DNA of 64,000 bases, from the NCBI GenBank assembly GCA_951406725.2, contig OX597828.1, positions 72,230,001 to 72,294,000 on the forward strand. Reading direction: 5' to 3'. Below, in pieces: positions 12,317 to 26,106 of this stretch. Each line of letters starts with the position of its first letter. The first letter of the stretch is position 1. The notes under the pieces were generated by a model. It saw only the letters and a program-made list of their open reading frames with translations, searched no databases and had not been told where the DNA came from. This DNA comes from Octopus vulgaris. Its lineage: Eukaryota. The translations under genes were made by a program, and so were the position numbers.

Positions 12317-13441
12317 GCAAACAGCTTTGTTTTTGTGTCGGGATGTCACCTTGGTATTGTCTGTGTGCATGAGCAAACCAACAGGCTTATTGTATGGTTT
12401 TTTATTTTTAATTTGAATTTGAGTTTTTTTTTTTTTAATTTAAAGAACTGTTTTCTTTTTAATTGTTTGTTATTCCTCCGCCCCCTGCCCCACAGACCTT
12501 ATTAATTAATATTTCCCGTCCTTGTCTTGATAACATGGATAACGATTATTTAATGAAAGCTAGAAAACAGTTGCATACTTTTGAAAGTGACTAATGTTGA
12601 TTCATATCATTGCCTTTGACCAGCTGTGTGTTGTTGAACACACACACACACACACACACAGCTATACACATATTATATATATATATGTGTGTGTGCATGT
12701 GTTTATATATATATACATGTATATATGTCTAGACACACATGCACACATACGATGGACTTGTAAATCTCTGATACGACTTGTAAGAGAAAACTCACAAATA
12801 TTCTATTATGTATATTATTGTAATATTTTTTCATCTTGTTTCATTTTTATCATTGATAATAAATTTGAAACGAAACAAAACACAAAAAACTGTAAATACT
12901 AGGATTGTTCAAAAAAAGACAAAAAAAAAAAGCAATTTGTTTTCATAAGTTTCTTGTGTTCTTGATGATTGTTGCGAGTGTTAGCAATTGAAAAGAGCAT
13001 TCCAATATCGACCCAATAACTTATACTGAATGAGTTTGAATTGAAATTATTTGCTATTTTTTTTTTATTGAATAGCATTTCTCGTTTGGCTGGCTTCGTT
13101 ACTTCTTGATCAATTTATTTCACTTTGGAGCAAGAGGGCAATAATGATAATAATAACGATAACAATTAATGATAAAAATAATTGTAAAGACAACAATGAT
13201 TATAATAGTGCAGTTAATATTTAACTGATATCGTGCAGGCTGTTATAATTGCAGCTGTGCGAATTATTTGGTATGCAAAACTACCCTTCACAAGCTGATA
13301 AGGCGTGAATAGATTCATATACCCTCATGTGAATGTATACAGATATTTTCATCTGAATATATACACATATCTTGAGAAGAATATATACATATGTATGTAT
13401 ATTCTGCCCCTTTATATAATTAACAGACAGCGATATATGTA

Positions 13442-13490
<49 letters not shown>

Positions 13491-14099
13491 AAAACTTGAA
13501 ATACTGGAGGGCTATTTCCATGCCGTTCAGGCGATAGTGTGTTTTGCTGTCTTAATGTACATAGCATGATGTCTAATGAAACTTTAAGCATGTTAAAATT
13601 TTTTTGTTGTTTTGTTTAATTAATTTTGTTTTATTATGTTTTGTTATTTTATTTTCCTGTGTTTTTGAAGTGTGACCTTCACATTCATCTGTGTGTCTTT
13701 TTTTAATTTTTTTTTTATTAAGAAATTCATGCAAAATATCTTTTAGTAAAATCACTTCATATTGAAAAACAACAAATGAAATAACCCCCTTGATGTATAA
13801 ATCCCTAAGTCTTGATGCATTCAAATTGTAAAGGGGGCTTTGATTATATCTTGGTTTGTATCTTCAAGATAATATATAACTATCTAACGACAACATTATA
13901 GAACTTACCTATCTAACTCCAACTTACATTTAACAGGAAATGGTTTAAAAACCTGTTGGACTTATTTTACAAATTGTTTGAATTTTTCAAAATTGATTGC
14001 AGTTGGGGACATAATTACATTATATATTTTGTCTCGTTAGAATTAAACACTAAATTTGTTAATTGTTATTTTTCTCTACTGAAATGTCATATAAATTAG

Positions 14100-14470
14100 T
14101 ACGGCACCTAATCGTCCAAAACTACACCCTTATGTTCCATCCATGCATCCATCCCTTTTCTCCACCCTCTCTTCCTGGCAGGGTTGTTGGGGTATAGTCT
14201 TTGGGCACCTCCTCCATTGGCTCCTATCAAAGGTGACTCTCATTACACTTCTCAACTGGATTCCCAAGTGTGACCGCCTGAGACTCTGGATATTATTCAA
14301 CCATTTCATTCTTAGTCTATCCCTTGGACTCTGGCCAATTGGCTGGACTTGGAGAATCTATCTTGCAATTCTTACCTGTGACATTTTAATCCCATGTCCA
14401 TAGCAAGGGAGCTGGGGCTTCTCGGTGCTGAGAAGGAGCAGCTTGATCTGGAGAGATTTCCTGATCTTAT
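14100..14470 (-). mobile_element. RTE-type LINE 3' remnant
   Basis: Minus strand resembles the GxRPRGRPxxRWxDNI C-terminal RTE region (ggccagagtccaagggatagactaagaatgaaatggttgaataatatc). Confidence 0.55.
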
Positions 14471-15051
14471 GTTTAACAAAAGAATTTAATCTTTTTTTTT
14501 TTTTAATATCTAAACTTTATGGCTCCATTTCAAATATTTTCCGATATTTCTAATACAAGTGGACATTGGTTTTTAAATTTTAAAGGTAATATCTTCACGA
14601 AATATTTCTTCAGAATTTTCAGTATATTTGAAACAAAGAATTGCCCAATTTATGGATTTACCAATTCCTGATAATTATTTTTGCTAAAATATTCAACGAT
14701 TATGATAGGAATCGGTTTTAAAAAAAGAAAGAAATTACCGATTCCAGTTTGTTAATGGTTTTGTTTTTATTGTTCAACTTGTCTTCCAGTATCACCATAA
14801 TTAGCATAGATTTCATTAATCACAAGAATTTTCTTCCTGAGTTCAAAAGACTTCAGATTAATGCACACTATAATGGCCATTATCTAGTGCTGTTCAACAG
14901 ACGACAGACTGACCGATTTTTTTTTTTTGGGGGGGGGGGTTTCAGTGATTTCATTATTATCTCAAAAAGAATTTAGATTTTAACATTACTTAAAGTCTAA
15001 CTCATACTATCATCGAAAAATGAAAGTTAAAAGGAACAAATGAATGAAGGA

Positions 15052-15084
<33 letters not shown>

Positions 15085-15554
15085 TACATATACACTGATA
15101 TACATACCTGTAAATATATATATGTGTGTGAGTGTATGTATGTATGTATGTATGTATAGGACAGCCTTCCTTTCAAGCATATATTGAAGATGCGATTGCA
15201 CTCATGTTTTGATAATTTTTTTATTAAATATTTTCCTCATTTATTTAGTCCGTTTGTGTTTAGTCTGAAACAAAGAATCCATTAACATTTCAAAACCTTC
15301 TCAATCTCAGCTTCAGAATGAATTGTAGATAACGGTGTGTTCTTACCATGTTTTGCAAGTGACAGCAAAAAATCTAAAAATGGAACCAATTCCAGAGTCT
15401 GTTACTGCTGACCCCTGGCTTTTTTTATTGAGATTTGGTTTGAATCTTGTTATTAACACCCAATGTCTATGGTGGGACTCCTGTTCTACTCTGGTCCCTT
15501 TTACTCATGTTTTATCCTTCTCGCATGAAATTACTCCTCTCCCACCAGGGGTTT

Positions 15555-15800
15555 GCACCCTTGCAAGGGGCATAGTGACCTCACTCATGCTGGTGCCAGG
15601 AAAAATGCACCCAGCACTTGTTGTAAAGTGGTTGGCTTGGCATTACGAAGGGCATCTGGTTGTAGAAACCATGCCAAACAGGCACTGGGGTGTGATGCAG
15701 TGTTTGGGTCCATCAGATCCTGTCAGTTCATCCAATCCACACCAGCATGGAACATTGATGTCAAATGATGAGGATGTCGATGAAGAGGATGAAGAGGAGC
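15555..15800 (+). mobile_element. SINE family C, degenerate
   Basis: gaagggcatctggttgtagaaaccatgcc...ccagcatggaa...tgatgaggatg tail. Confidence 0.7.
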
Positions 15801-16041
15801 ATCCTGTTGAACATTTTCAGAAACAAAAGCCCAAGTTCTGTTAACAGTTTTGCTTCAGAATAAAACACAAACAATAACAGAAATGATTAGGGTTTTCTCC
15901 AATCCATCTTAATGAATGTAAACAAAATTATCATCCAAGACTATTTGAACTTGCCACCATAGCAAGTTTCAAAAGAAATTATTCCTTCCATAATTCTCTT
16001 CAAAGATTTTTGTTTGTGAAATAACTGGTGTATTGCTTGCT

Positions 16042-16094
<53 letters not shown>

Positions 16095-16173
16095 CAGTTT
16101 GTTTTCTCTTAAGCATGTAACATGGATGACACAACCATATTCTAATGTATAAATATTTTCTTGCGTCTCTTTT

Positions 16174-16368
16174 TATTTGTGGGTTACCAAGGCTGCTGAT
16201 GGTTTCATGCAAAGAATCTCTTAACAATTATCAAGACTGCCACATGGGAGCCTTGGTACTCGTCTCCAACATAGAGACGAGTACCAAGGTTCCCATGTGG
16301 CAGGCTTCATAGCTGACGAGAGATTCCCCTTATATGAAACCATTGATAGCTTTGGTTACCCACAGATA
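16174..16368. repeat. Foldback element with degenerate hammerhead core
   Basis: 30-bp near-perfect inner stem 16237-16266/16274-16303 (7-nt loop), extending imperfectly outward; CTGACGA at 16313 and GAAAC at 16336. Confidence 0.85.
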
Positions 16369-16655
16369 CAGAATGTTTATCCACCAATGTGGTGTTGAGC
16401 ACTCAATCTCATTCTATGATATTAACACACACACACCCACAGACACACACACACCCACAGACACACACACACTACACTACAAATTCAAGGAAAGGTAATA
16501 ATCATGTAATCATTTGAGAACCCATAGCTAAAGGTCTATCAAACTTGTTACATGCATATGTCTGCAATGAGAAAATGTTTATGTTGAAAACCAGCTTGCC
16601 AAAAACATTTGCATATATATATTTTTACACACACACACACACGCATGCACATGTA

Positions 16656-16695
<40 letters not shown>

Positions 16696-16746
16696 CTAGG
16701 GAAAGTCATGCCAATATTAATAATACATACAATATATATATGTGTG

Positions 16747-16783
<37 letters not shown>

Positions 16784-17167
16784 GTAATATAATATGTGAC
16801 AATTATTCGGTTGCCAAAATAAAACTCACACACAAATACCCACATATGCACATAGACCTGAGACCCACAGCAGACACACATGTGTGATTTTGATTGAAGC
16901 AAGGTGAAATAATGCTGTCCCAGCCGTGTTCTGAATCTGCAGACTAATTGGAGTTATCTTCCCTTGTTTAGCTAAATCCCAGGAAAATAAACTATGCTGA
17001 CCATGAAAGTACGATTGCTTCCTTACAGCGGACTTGTTAAGTAAACAAAACATGACAAAAATAAAAAAAGGATGTATGATAAGGGGTTCATATTGATTTA
17101 CTCCCATTTATAATTAATACTTGACTGGAAGATACTGAAATTATCTTGATGTGTATGTAACGATTTG

Positions 17168-17373
17168 TACATTATTTACCTTATTTACATTATTTACATT
17201 TGACGGATATTTGTCCTCATTTTGTTTGTTGTTAACACGACGTTTCGGCTGGTATACCCTCCAGCCTTCATCAGGTGTCTTGGGGAAAATTTCAAGCCAG
17301 GGTTCTCATACCTGAGGTATTTTTAGATATTACTGCCTGGAATCGAACTCAGAATCTTGGGGTTAGTAACCTC

Positions 17374-17425
<52 letters not shown>

Positions 17426-17575
17426 TCGAAAAATACCTTAGGTATGAGAACCCAGGTTCGAAATTTCCCCAAGATACCTGATGAAGGCTGGAGGGTATAT
17501 CAGCCATAATATTGTGTTAACAACAAACAAGATGAGGACAAATATCTGTCAACTGTAAATAAGGTAAATAATGTA
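17168..17575. repeat. Foldback element with ~160-bp inverted arms around (AAT)n
   Basis: 17168-17332 is the reverse complement of 17421-17575. Confidence 0.92.
17235..17278 (-). ncRNA. Minimal type-I hammerhead ribozyme motif
   Basis: Minus strand: ACAC CUGAUGA a GGCUGG-agggUaUa-CCAGCC GAAAC GUC^ GUGU. Perfect stems I and II; loopless palindromic ACGU stem III. Confidence 0.87.
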
Positions 17576-18640
17576 GATAATTCCTCATCTCTTAAATATA
17601 GAACTGTAATGATTTGATTTGAAACTGCGTTGGAAAGAAAGTGACTTAGAGAAAAAAAAAAAAAGTCCTGTATGATGATTGTGGCCATTCAGATTTTAAT
17701 TAATTAATTCATTTGTTTTTACAATGGTTATTTTGTCTATGAAATGCTTCCCTGTCTGTGTTGCTTCTCCATATCTGTTTGGCTACAGTTCACTGGAATC
17801 AAGTGGTGGCTTACAGTGCTGATCATAGTGGCAGAATCTCTGTGTGTTTGACCGTAAATATGTCATCGTTTTGCAGTGCTAAGAATTCAGTGCTTATAGC
17901 TTTGAGGGTGGGGGCAGTGTTTTAAAGCCAGGTCTACGGAATTAGTTGTCTATTGATGGATACTTCTGATTTGGAAAAGTCCAAACAGTTTGCTCTGTTC
18001 ATCCTATTTACATCTTGTTTGGGGACCAACCAGACTATTAAACATCACTAGTCACAATGCACTTTGCATCATCCTTTTAGCTTTCAAATGATGCCACCCT
18101 GCTGGTTCGGTGAAGCAGGCCAACATTCCTCACTGATTGGAAAGAGGACTGTAGCAACATGAAAAGAAGTGTTTTGCTCAAGAACACATTGTGCTGCAGG
18201 GTCTGGGAATTGAACCTGTGATGTACCCCCCCCCCACATATTTCTCATTAGATATGGAATGACTGTGTGATTTAGAAGTTAACTTCACGTCCACAAGATC
18301 CGGTGTTCAATCCCACTCTTTGGCATCATGAGCAAATGTCATGTTCTATAGCTTTGAGTCAGCTTGTACCTCGTGAGTGAAATTTGGTCTGTAGAAACTG
18401 TAGAGAATCCTGTTGGATGAATCTGACCAGTAATTCTAAAGCATAGCTTTGTTACATACTGTGACACCCCATTGACCAGGTCATTCATAGGCTTAAGCTC
18501 CTCAAACAACTGACAAGATCAACAAAGAACCCTCCATCTTATTCTGAAATACGTCCACTATTTGCATGCTCTTACCGACACCGACATATTTAGTGAAACT
18601 GTGGAAAAGAAAAAACAAAAAGACTGCTTATGATGCACAT

Positions 18641-18881
18641 CAGTGGTTTCCAAACTTTTCCAGGCTGCTGGCCCCTTGACACCACCCAGGCCACATTGCT
18701 AGCACCCCCCAATCCCAAACTAACCATCACAAACCTAGACCTATTTCTGAAGCAGATTCAAAGCAACTGCATTTCACAAATGAAACTTAACTTAATGAAA
18801 CCCATTATTTTGTTTGTTTTTACATAAATCGTTACCCCATTATCACCCCACTTTTCTCCAGTGCCCCCTTGGGAACGACTG
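18641..18881. mobile_element. hAT-like MITE
   Basis: Ends CAGTGGTTTCCAA ... TTGGGAACGACTG form imperfect TIRs; TSD not clear. Confidence 0.55.
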
Positions 18882-19939
18882 ATGTTCACTGCAATGTTTC
18901 CCTTATTCTTTTAGTTGTATTTCATTAACCCCCCGCCATTATTATCGATATCCATTTTCTTTTGATAATAATCTCATACTTAAGAAACCTAGATCCTGTT
19001 CATACTCGTTTCCTCCTCATCATTTCTTTCCTCATCATCCATTGATAAAAGTGACAAAGCTTAAGAATGCGTCTGACCAATTCTATGTCTTGTTCTTTGC
19101 AACTGAGTGAAATTTATCTGAATTGAAAAAAAAGTAGTGATAATTGGTTTTAGTTAAACTTCTGATTGAGATGAACTAATTAATCCCTCTCTGTACAATA
19201 ACATTTGTTTTTCTTTTTAATACCTTGTTGTTATTGTTTTTGGTTTCATCTGTTGCTAATCTCATCAAAGTCCCTTCTACAGAGATTGTGGAATTTCTGT
19301 CTGTTTAACAATTACTTGTTAGTGATCTGTTCTCTAATGATTCCTTCAAGATCCTGTGTTTCAAATTCCTTCCCACAATTCATTGCCACATTACAGGTTC
19401 TACTTTCGGTTTTTCGCCTTAGTTTCTGCTGTGTTTTTGAAATCAGTGTGTTATTTCTGTCCAAGGCAGTGTTGTTATTATTATTATCATTGTTATTATT
19501 GTTTTGGCTATCATTTCAATTGAAAAAAACTAATCTTCCTCGTTAACCTCTCACCAATAACTCTAACGATTTACCAATTTGCTTTATTGCATGCTTACCT
19601 CGTTTGTTTGTACGTGGAAACTTAGTACATTATCTTTGTTAAACATTTGTTATTTATAATTAATATTTCAAGATAAAATGTTTAATAGTTGTTTTTCTAT
19701 GAATTTATTTTCTGTATTTTTATCTTCAAAACGAATAATTTTTTTATTATTCCTGTTGAAAAATCTCCAATTCTTCTGAGTTGATAATTTTGAATTCCGC
19801 TAAATTCTCCAGGGTCATTAATAATAGATTTTTCTAATTCACCAGGGTCTCCTTAACCTTTAGCATGCTATAGATGCATCAGGTCCCTGTGCTAGTTTTC
19901 GATTTCCTGCAGCTACACAAGTGAAATCACACATGGCGC

Positions 19940-20115
19940 CATCATCATCATTGTTCGGCCGTGGTCGAGACATTGGGATTTACTATGTTGCGCCAGACTT
20001 CACGGTCCATCATAGCATTATGGAGGTCCTGTTGCTGGATGCCTGTATCCCTGGAGATTACATCAGGGTAGGAGAGTGTGCGCCCTTTGGTATCGCGAGC
20101 AGATGGCACCATAGT
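19940..20115 (-). mobile_element. RTE/RTE-X LINE 3' end with (GAT)n tail
   Basis: Minus frame SRDTKGRTLSYPDVISRDTGIQQQDLHNAMMDREVWRNIVNPNVSTTAEQ* followed by tgatgatgat. Confidence 0.75.
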
Positions 20116-20662
20116 GTGTGTGCTTAAGTGTGCTGAAAGTTAATTGTTCAGTGTTGAAGAATTTGGACATTTGGAAGTTTTCTGATATATAGTATCAGAT
20201 TGTATATCATGAATCATTGGGTCCACTCATTCCATTTCAGAGTTCACACCCTTTAGCAGTGATTACAAAATGTTTTTCTTTAATCCATCCAGGCCCCACA
20301 CATTCAACAGCAGTTAACATATTGAGATTGACTCAGTTAACTCCCTTGCATACAAACCCTTCCTTTTGGCCCTTATCAGAGGATGTCTAGAAAATCACTT
20401 GGGTTTCTCTTTTAAAACTTATCGTATGCAGTTGAAACAGTTATCAAACTTGTTTGTTTCTTACAAAAGCTTACAAATTCTTTGTATTTTTTCTTTCTGC
20501 TACATCTATGCAGAGTTTGATACATTTTAAACACAGCTGTCTTATAATGTGTCACGATTTAAAAGAAAAAGACAACAAAAAAAGCTGTTTATACTTTTTC
20601 CATGAGAATTAAGTAAATTCTCTTTTTTTCCTTTTTTCCAACTTCTATAATACTTTCTTTCA

Positions 20663-20701
<39 letters not shown>

Positions 20702-22195
20702 TGATGGTTGTAAAATGTGAAGAGAATATCCTAAACAAATTAACATGTTTGTGTGATTTGCTTTCTATTTCCAAATAGTATTTGATAAAGTAGTAGAAAG
20801 CTGATAAGGAAGCATCGAGAAATCTGTAAACGAGTCTTCATTAATGATGGATCGCAAAATGAATTCAACTGTTAATAATAGGTTATAGGATATTGAGCTT
20901 AAAAACCCTTAGATGGAAAAAAAAAAAGTGGGGTGGTGGTGCAGCTTCTGGCTTTTTAAATACCCAAGGGGTTTTTTTTTCCATCGAATATGTTGTCATC
21001 TAGTCTTTATAGCAGAATTCATTTTGAGATAAATCATTAACGAACACTTTACTCTTAGTGCTGTGGGTTTAATGTAAACTTCACCTGCTTCCAACCAGTT
21101 CTGCCCCTTAAAATCTGGTGAGCTCTGAATCCTGCGATGTCTTCCTGATTAAGAAGGAGAGACCGTTATTTCTTCTTCGGGCTTCCAAAGTAGAACTCCC
21201 ACTTTTTCCGTACATTGATTCTGTTCTATGTTTGTTCTACGTTGATCTAAACCGTGATTCCTAATTGTCTATTGTTCCTCTATTTCTACCAGTACCACAC
21301 GTCTGGAGATCTTCCTAATTTTTTTGACACATACATGCAAATGGTAAGTTGATGCAATTACTGCTGTTATCAGCTTATTCATCATCACCACCACCACCAC
21401 TACCACCACTGCTGCCACCGCCGCCGCCGTTGTTGTTGCCATCATTGCCATTGTTATTATCAGCATCATCATCATCATCATAGCCATCTTCATAGTCATC
21501 TTCATTGCTGCTGTCGGTGAAACCCAGCACCACCACCCTCCCATTTTCTGCCACTATCCCTACCCCCACCCTGCACAGTGGCAGACTCATTACTGCTCTT
21601 CAGTTGCCGTCTCCGTTTTGAATTTACTTGTTTTATTTATTTATTTTTTTTTTATTGTTTTGGTGTTTTAGAATTTATATTTCAATGTGAATAATCCTGC
21701 CAGAGCACTGTGATTATTATTATTATTATTATTATTATTATAATTATCATCGTTATCATTATCAATCATTATTATTATTATCATTATTATTAATATTATT
21801 ATTATTATTGTGTTTGTGTCTTATGTAATACAATTCAAAAAATATATATTCATACTGGAATATTCAAAGCATAAAAATTGTTTCTGTGTGTGTGTGTGTG
21901 TGTGAGTGAATTCTTGGCAAATATGACAAACTATATTCATTGCATTTGAATTTGTCAAAAGCATCGCATTTGAAATGTTGGTAATGGCTTTATCGACTGA
22001 CATTCAAGGAATAAAAATGCAAGGGTGCTTTTCGTTTCTGTAACCAATATAACGTATACCCCTAACCCTTTAGCTTCCACCAGTTATCTTCATTAACAAA
22101 GAATAAACAAGATATTTTGGTCGCTGGATTCTGTGATGTTCAACAATTTAAAATTTTGCATTGAACTGGGTTTGTAAGAGTTACTTTCCCTTTGT

Positions 22196-22233
<38 letters not shown>

Positions 22234-23093
22234 CTACTTGTTTGGCCTCTGTTCCTTGTCTTCCTCGAAATATGGTGCAACTTTTTATCAAACAACACTT
22301 TATTGAACCTCGAAACAACTTCTTGTGAATATATTATCTTGTAGCAGAGGTTGTGGCGCCTCAGTGCAGCAATGGCGACCCATCTGCCAAATGTATTGTG
22401 CCAGCCTCCACTGCTCTTGTGAATCTGTGGTGAATTGGTTTTTTTGCCATGTCTATTATTTTGCAGCCATTCATAAAACATTCCAACATTGTATTGGGAA
22501 TCGTGGTCATTGACGTCTCCTGTCTTCCACACCGTTGTGCCTTAATCCATATGGTTGCAAAATAACCTTCACATCTGCACATTTTTTCACACATGATGCA
22601 ATTTCGAACCATTCACACACACACACACTGATAGCAAATTAACTTCACACACACACATACACACGTTTGTAATATCAATAAACCCATTGGCTGCCCTATA
22701 CAAATGTTAAAAGCTGGCTAAATCTTGTTTTTTTTTTAATTAAATTTTTGCGGATGAAAATTTCTATTTTTATTTTATATTAAAAATTATTCTATATTTA
22801 AAATTGTTACCATTTGTTGCACTTGTTTAAAATTGTCCCATAGAAAATAAATATCGACAAAATAATACACTTAAAAATAAATATCTGCAATCTGTAACAC
22901 ATCTTTTATATATAAAAAAAAAATATTCTATTTTTGAAATTCACTTTTAGCTACAATTATCTTACTCTGTAATATATTTACAAAATTATTCCATGAAAAG
23001 TCACTTTGAGGAAAAGTTGTTTTGACAAAAAGTCATTTGATAAAAATTTGCTTAAAAAGAAATTTGAGAAAAGTTGTTTGATAAATGATTTTG

Positions 23094-23158
23094 TATCTTT
23101 TATGAGAGTCTAATTTCATTTAGTGCTATCTTTTATGAGAGTCTAATTTCATTTAGTG
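23094..23158. repeat. Exact 32-bp tandem duplication
   Basis: tatcttttatgagagtctaatttcatttagtg occurs twice, separated by one base. Confidence 0.9.
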
Positions 23159-23210
23159 TTCACTGCTCCTAAGATTTTTACACCTTGTCAGCCTGCATTG
23201 ATCACTTTAA

Positions 23211-23409
23211 TCCTTTGGTTACCATATTTCTTTTGAAGCACTTTGCCTTTGTTTCAATTAGTTTTATCAGTAATGACAAGTATTTTTGCTCTCATTAAGC
23301 TGGTTTTGGAATATCAACATTAAATTTTGATTGAACATTTTCATTTAGCTCACTTTAAATATGTCTCATAGAACCAACAGCTGTTTCAAGAAGGTTGGTA
23401 TTAAAAGGG
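23211..23409. mobile_element. piggyBac-like MITE flanked by TTAA
   Basis: TTAA-tccttt ... aaaggg-TTAA. Confidence 0.6.
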
Positions 23410-23684
23410 TTAAAACGTTTGCCAAGTTTTTTAGTGATATTTTTATAATATTTATATCTCATGTGGAACAGAAATTTATGAGGAATTATAGTGTCTGTAT
23501 TGTATGTGTCTTTTATTTTCTCTGATTTTAAATCTATTTCTCCCAGGGTGAAGGAATGTTTTTTACCTGAAATATTTTAACCTAAAATTTTTGGATCAGC
23601 TATTTTTATAATTTTCTCTCTTTGTAATTCATGTATTATTTATTAACAAATTTTCACTAATAATAGATTATTTTATAACTAATA

Positions 23685-23950
23685 GTGTGTGTATCTTGTG
23701 CAAGACACTTTATTTCACATTGCTCCTATTCACTCAGCCGTAGAAATGAGTTGCGATGTCACTGGTGCCAAGTTGTATCGGCCTCTTTGTTTTTCCCTTG
23801 GATAACACCAGTGGCATGGAAAGGAGAGGCTGGTATGCGTGGGCGACTGCTGGTCTTCTATAAACAACCTTACCTGGGCTTGTGCCTCGGAGGGTAACTT
23901 TCTAGGTGCAATCCCATGGTCATTCATGACTGAAAAGGGTCTTTTTACCC
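23685..23950 (+). mobile_element. SINE (family B-related) body and tail
   Basis: Reverse-complement homolog of 40345-40600 (gaaatgagttgcgatgtcactggtgccaag...gggcgactgctggtcttc). Confidence 0.8.
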
Positions 23951-24672
23951 TTTATATAAAATCAGTTGTTTATAAGTCGGAAAAAAGGCTCAGTCTAAAA
24001 ATGTTTTGAGCAATAATATTTTATGTTGTCGTTGGTTATAACTGGTCAGAAAGCTGGCATTGTAGGTTCAACTGTTGAGAGTGAAGCGTCTTGGTCAGAG
24101 GAATTTGGTTCATTGTCTGCTTCTTCCATTGAGTTAGCCATCTGAATGTTCTAAGGAAAGTTTGGCTTTAATTAGCGAGTGTCCTCAAGTTGTGATTGTT
24201 GCTCATAAATTTGATTTCAATTGTCACATCTCTCAGTTGTTATTCCAAGCTGGAGTCATATTTTTTAAAATCATTTTTGAAAAATTAATTTTTGCTATTT
24301 TTCTGTGTAGTTGATGGTGGAGGTGTCCTGCATAACCATTTTATATCTGTAGATGAGCTGCTATTAAAATATATACTTGATAGTCAATGTCATCTTACCG
24401 GAGAATATTGAATTTAATCATCAGTTTGTAAATATATATATATATGTGCCTTATCATTTTCAAGTTTAACCATCATTAAAATTATAGTGTAATCTTTTGC
24501 TGAAATATTCCACACGGTGCCAAATCCCAAACTGAAATATGGCTATTCCCCAGGGTATAGGTTCTGATTTTATATTTTGAATTTTTGCTAATGATGGCGG
24601 TATGTTATAAAAATATATCAAGGAATGCAATTAACCCATTTTAAAAAAAAATCTTCCACAGACATCTATGTA

Positions 24673-24714
<42 letters not shown>

Positions 24715-25308
24715 ATGCAAACATGGGAAAGTGAATAATGAATTATGATAGTATATAAATGTATGTATGTATGGATGGATGGATGGTAAGCTATTTTATT
24801 AACCCCCACACTTGAAATCACCATTTAATCTAGATCATCTTATTATTATTTTTTGGTTACCTTTGAATCTCTACCAAATTTGTCATAGAGGTGTGTCCAT
24901 GTATGTCCGTGTGTCTGTGTGTGTACACCTACACATGCATGAGAAAATACTGCCTGGGCTTTCTTATGTCATTCTTTTCTGAGGGCAACCAAAGGTCCCT
25001 GTCCACCCCCACCCACCCTCACCACTTTTTAAAAAGGAAAAAAAAAAATGAAAAAGAAATTTCTGCAGACTTCACAGTTGTTTTCCGAATTGTGTTTTAT
25101 TCTCATCAGACTCAACACATATCAACACAAGAACCAGAACGTCAATTATCCTAACGAGATCTCTTTTTTTTTTCTCTACCAATTAGCTCACACCACCTCA
25201 CCAGTTGTGAATTGGTAACAACAAGTGAAGGGGAGGGGCAGAGACCAGCCTATAGTAATACAAATCAATAACATTTGTTGATAATAATACAAAACCATAA
25301 TAATAATA

Positions 25309-25339
<31 letters not shown>

Positions 25340-25864
25340 CAACAACAACAATACTAGTAGTTCAGTAAATCTTATTATCTGATGTTCCATATCATCATCA
25401 TCATTGTCATCATCCTCTAATGCCATGCAGGCAGAGGTTAAATGGTTTGGCAGGAACTTACAAAGTAGAGGAGGGCTGCCTTGCTCCCTTTGGCATGGTT
25501 TCTATCCCTGGATGCCTTCCTTCCTGACACCATCTCCGCTACAGGGTGCACACGGTGCTTTCCTTTTTTTTTTTTTTTTTCTACTTGGCACTGGCTCTAG
25601 TGAGATTGCCGAGTAACTCCCCAGGCAAGACCCCTTGGTTGAGGGTGGGTGGGCATGGTAATGTGGGAAGTGGTTTTATGCTGGGTGTTCAGAAGCTAAA
25701 GTGTGAAAGAGGGACAGAAACAGGTGTCTTGCTGTAGGGGAGATACGTGGCCACCCCATCTGGAAAGGAAGGAAAGCAATGGTGATGATGAAGCATTAGG
25801 ACTTACTTTCCATCTGTGTGTGAGTGTGTGTATATATATATATGGATGTATATTTATGTATATA

Positions 25865-26106
25865 CAGGGTTGGCCAAAAGTCACCTGACAGCAAACCAAA
25901 ATTCCATAAATATTTAATATTCAATTTTGTTTATTTATTCCAATTATGAATGTTTGGTAATTGAATTCTGTGAGTTAAAATCACCATTTTGTTTTTTTAA
26001 CATTTGTCTATTTATTAGCAAAGTCTCATTTAAAATAATGTTTTTGTTTTAATCTTGGAATTAAATGGGGTTTGATTTACTGTCAGGTAACTTTTGGCCA
26101 ACCCTG
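25865..26106. mobile_element. Tc1/mariner-type MITE
   Basis: TA-CAGGGTTGGCCAAAAGTCACCTGACAG ... CTGTCAGGTAACTTTTGGCCAACCCTG-TA. Confidence 0.9.

Noticed and set aside
22061-22070. CTAACCCT telomerase-template-like sequence
   Set aside because: No pseudoknot or H/ACA architecture identifiable.
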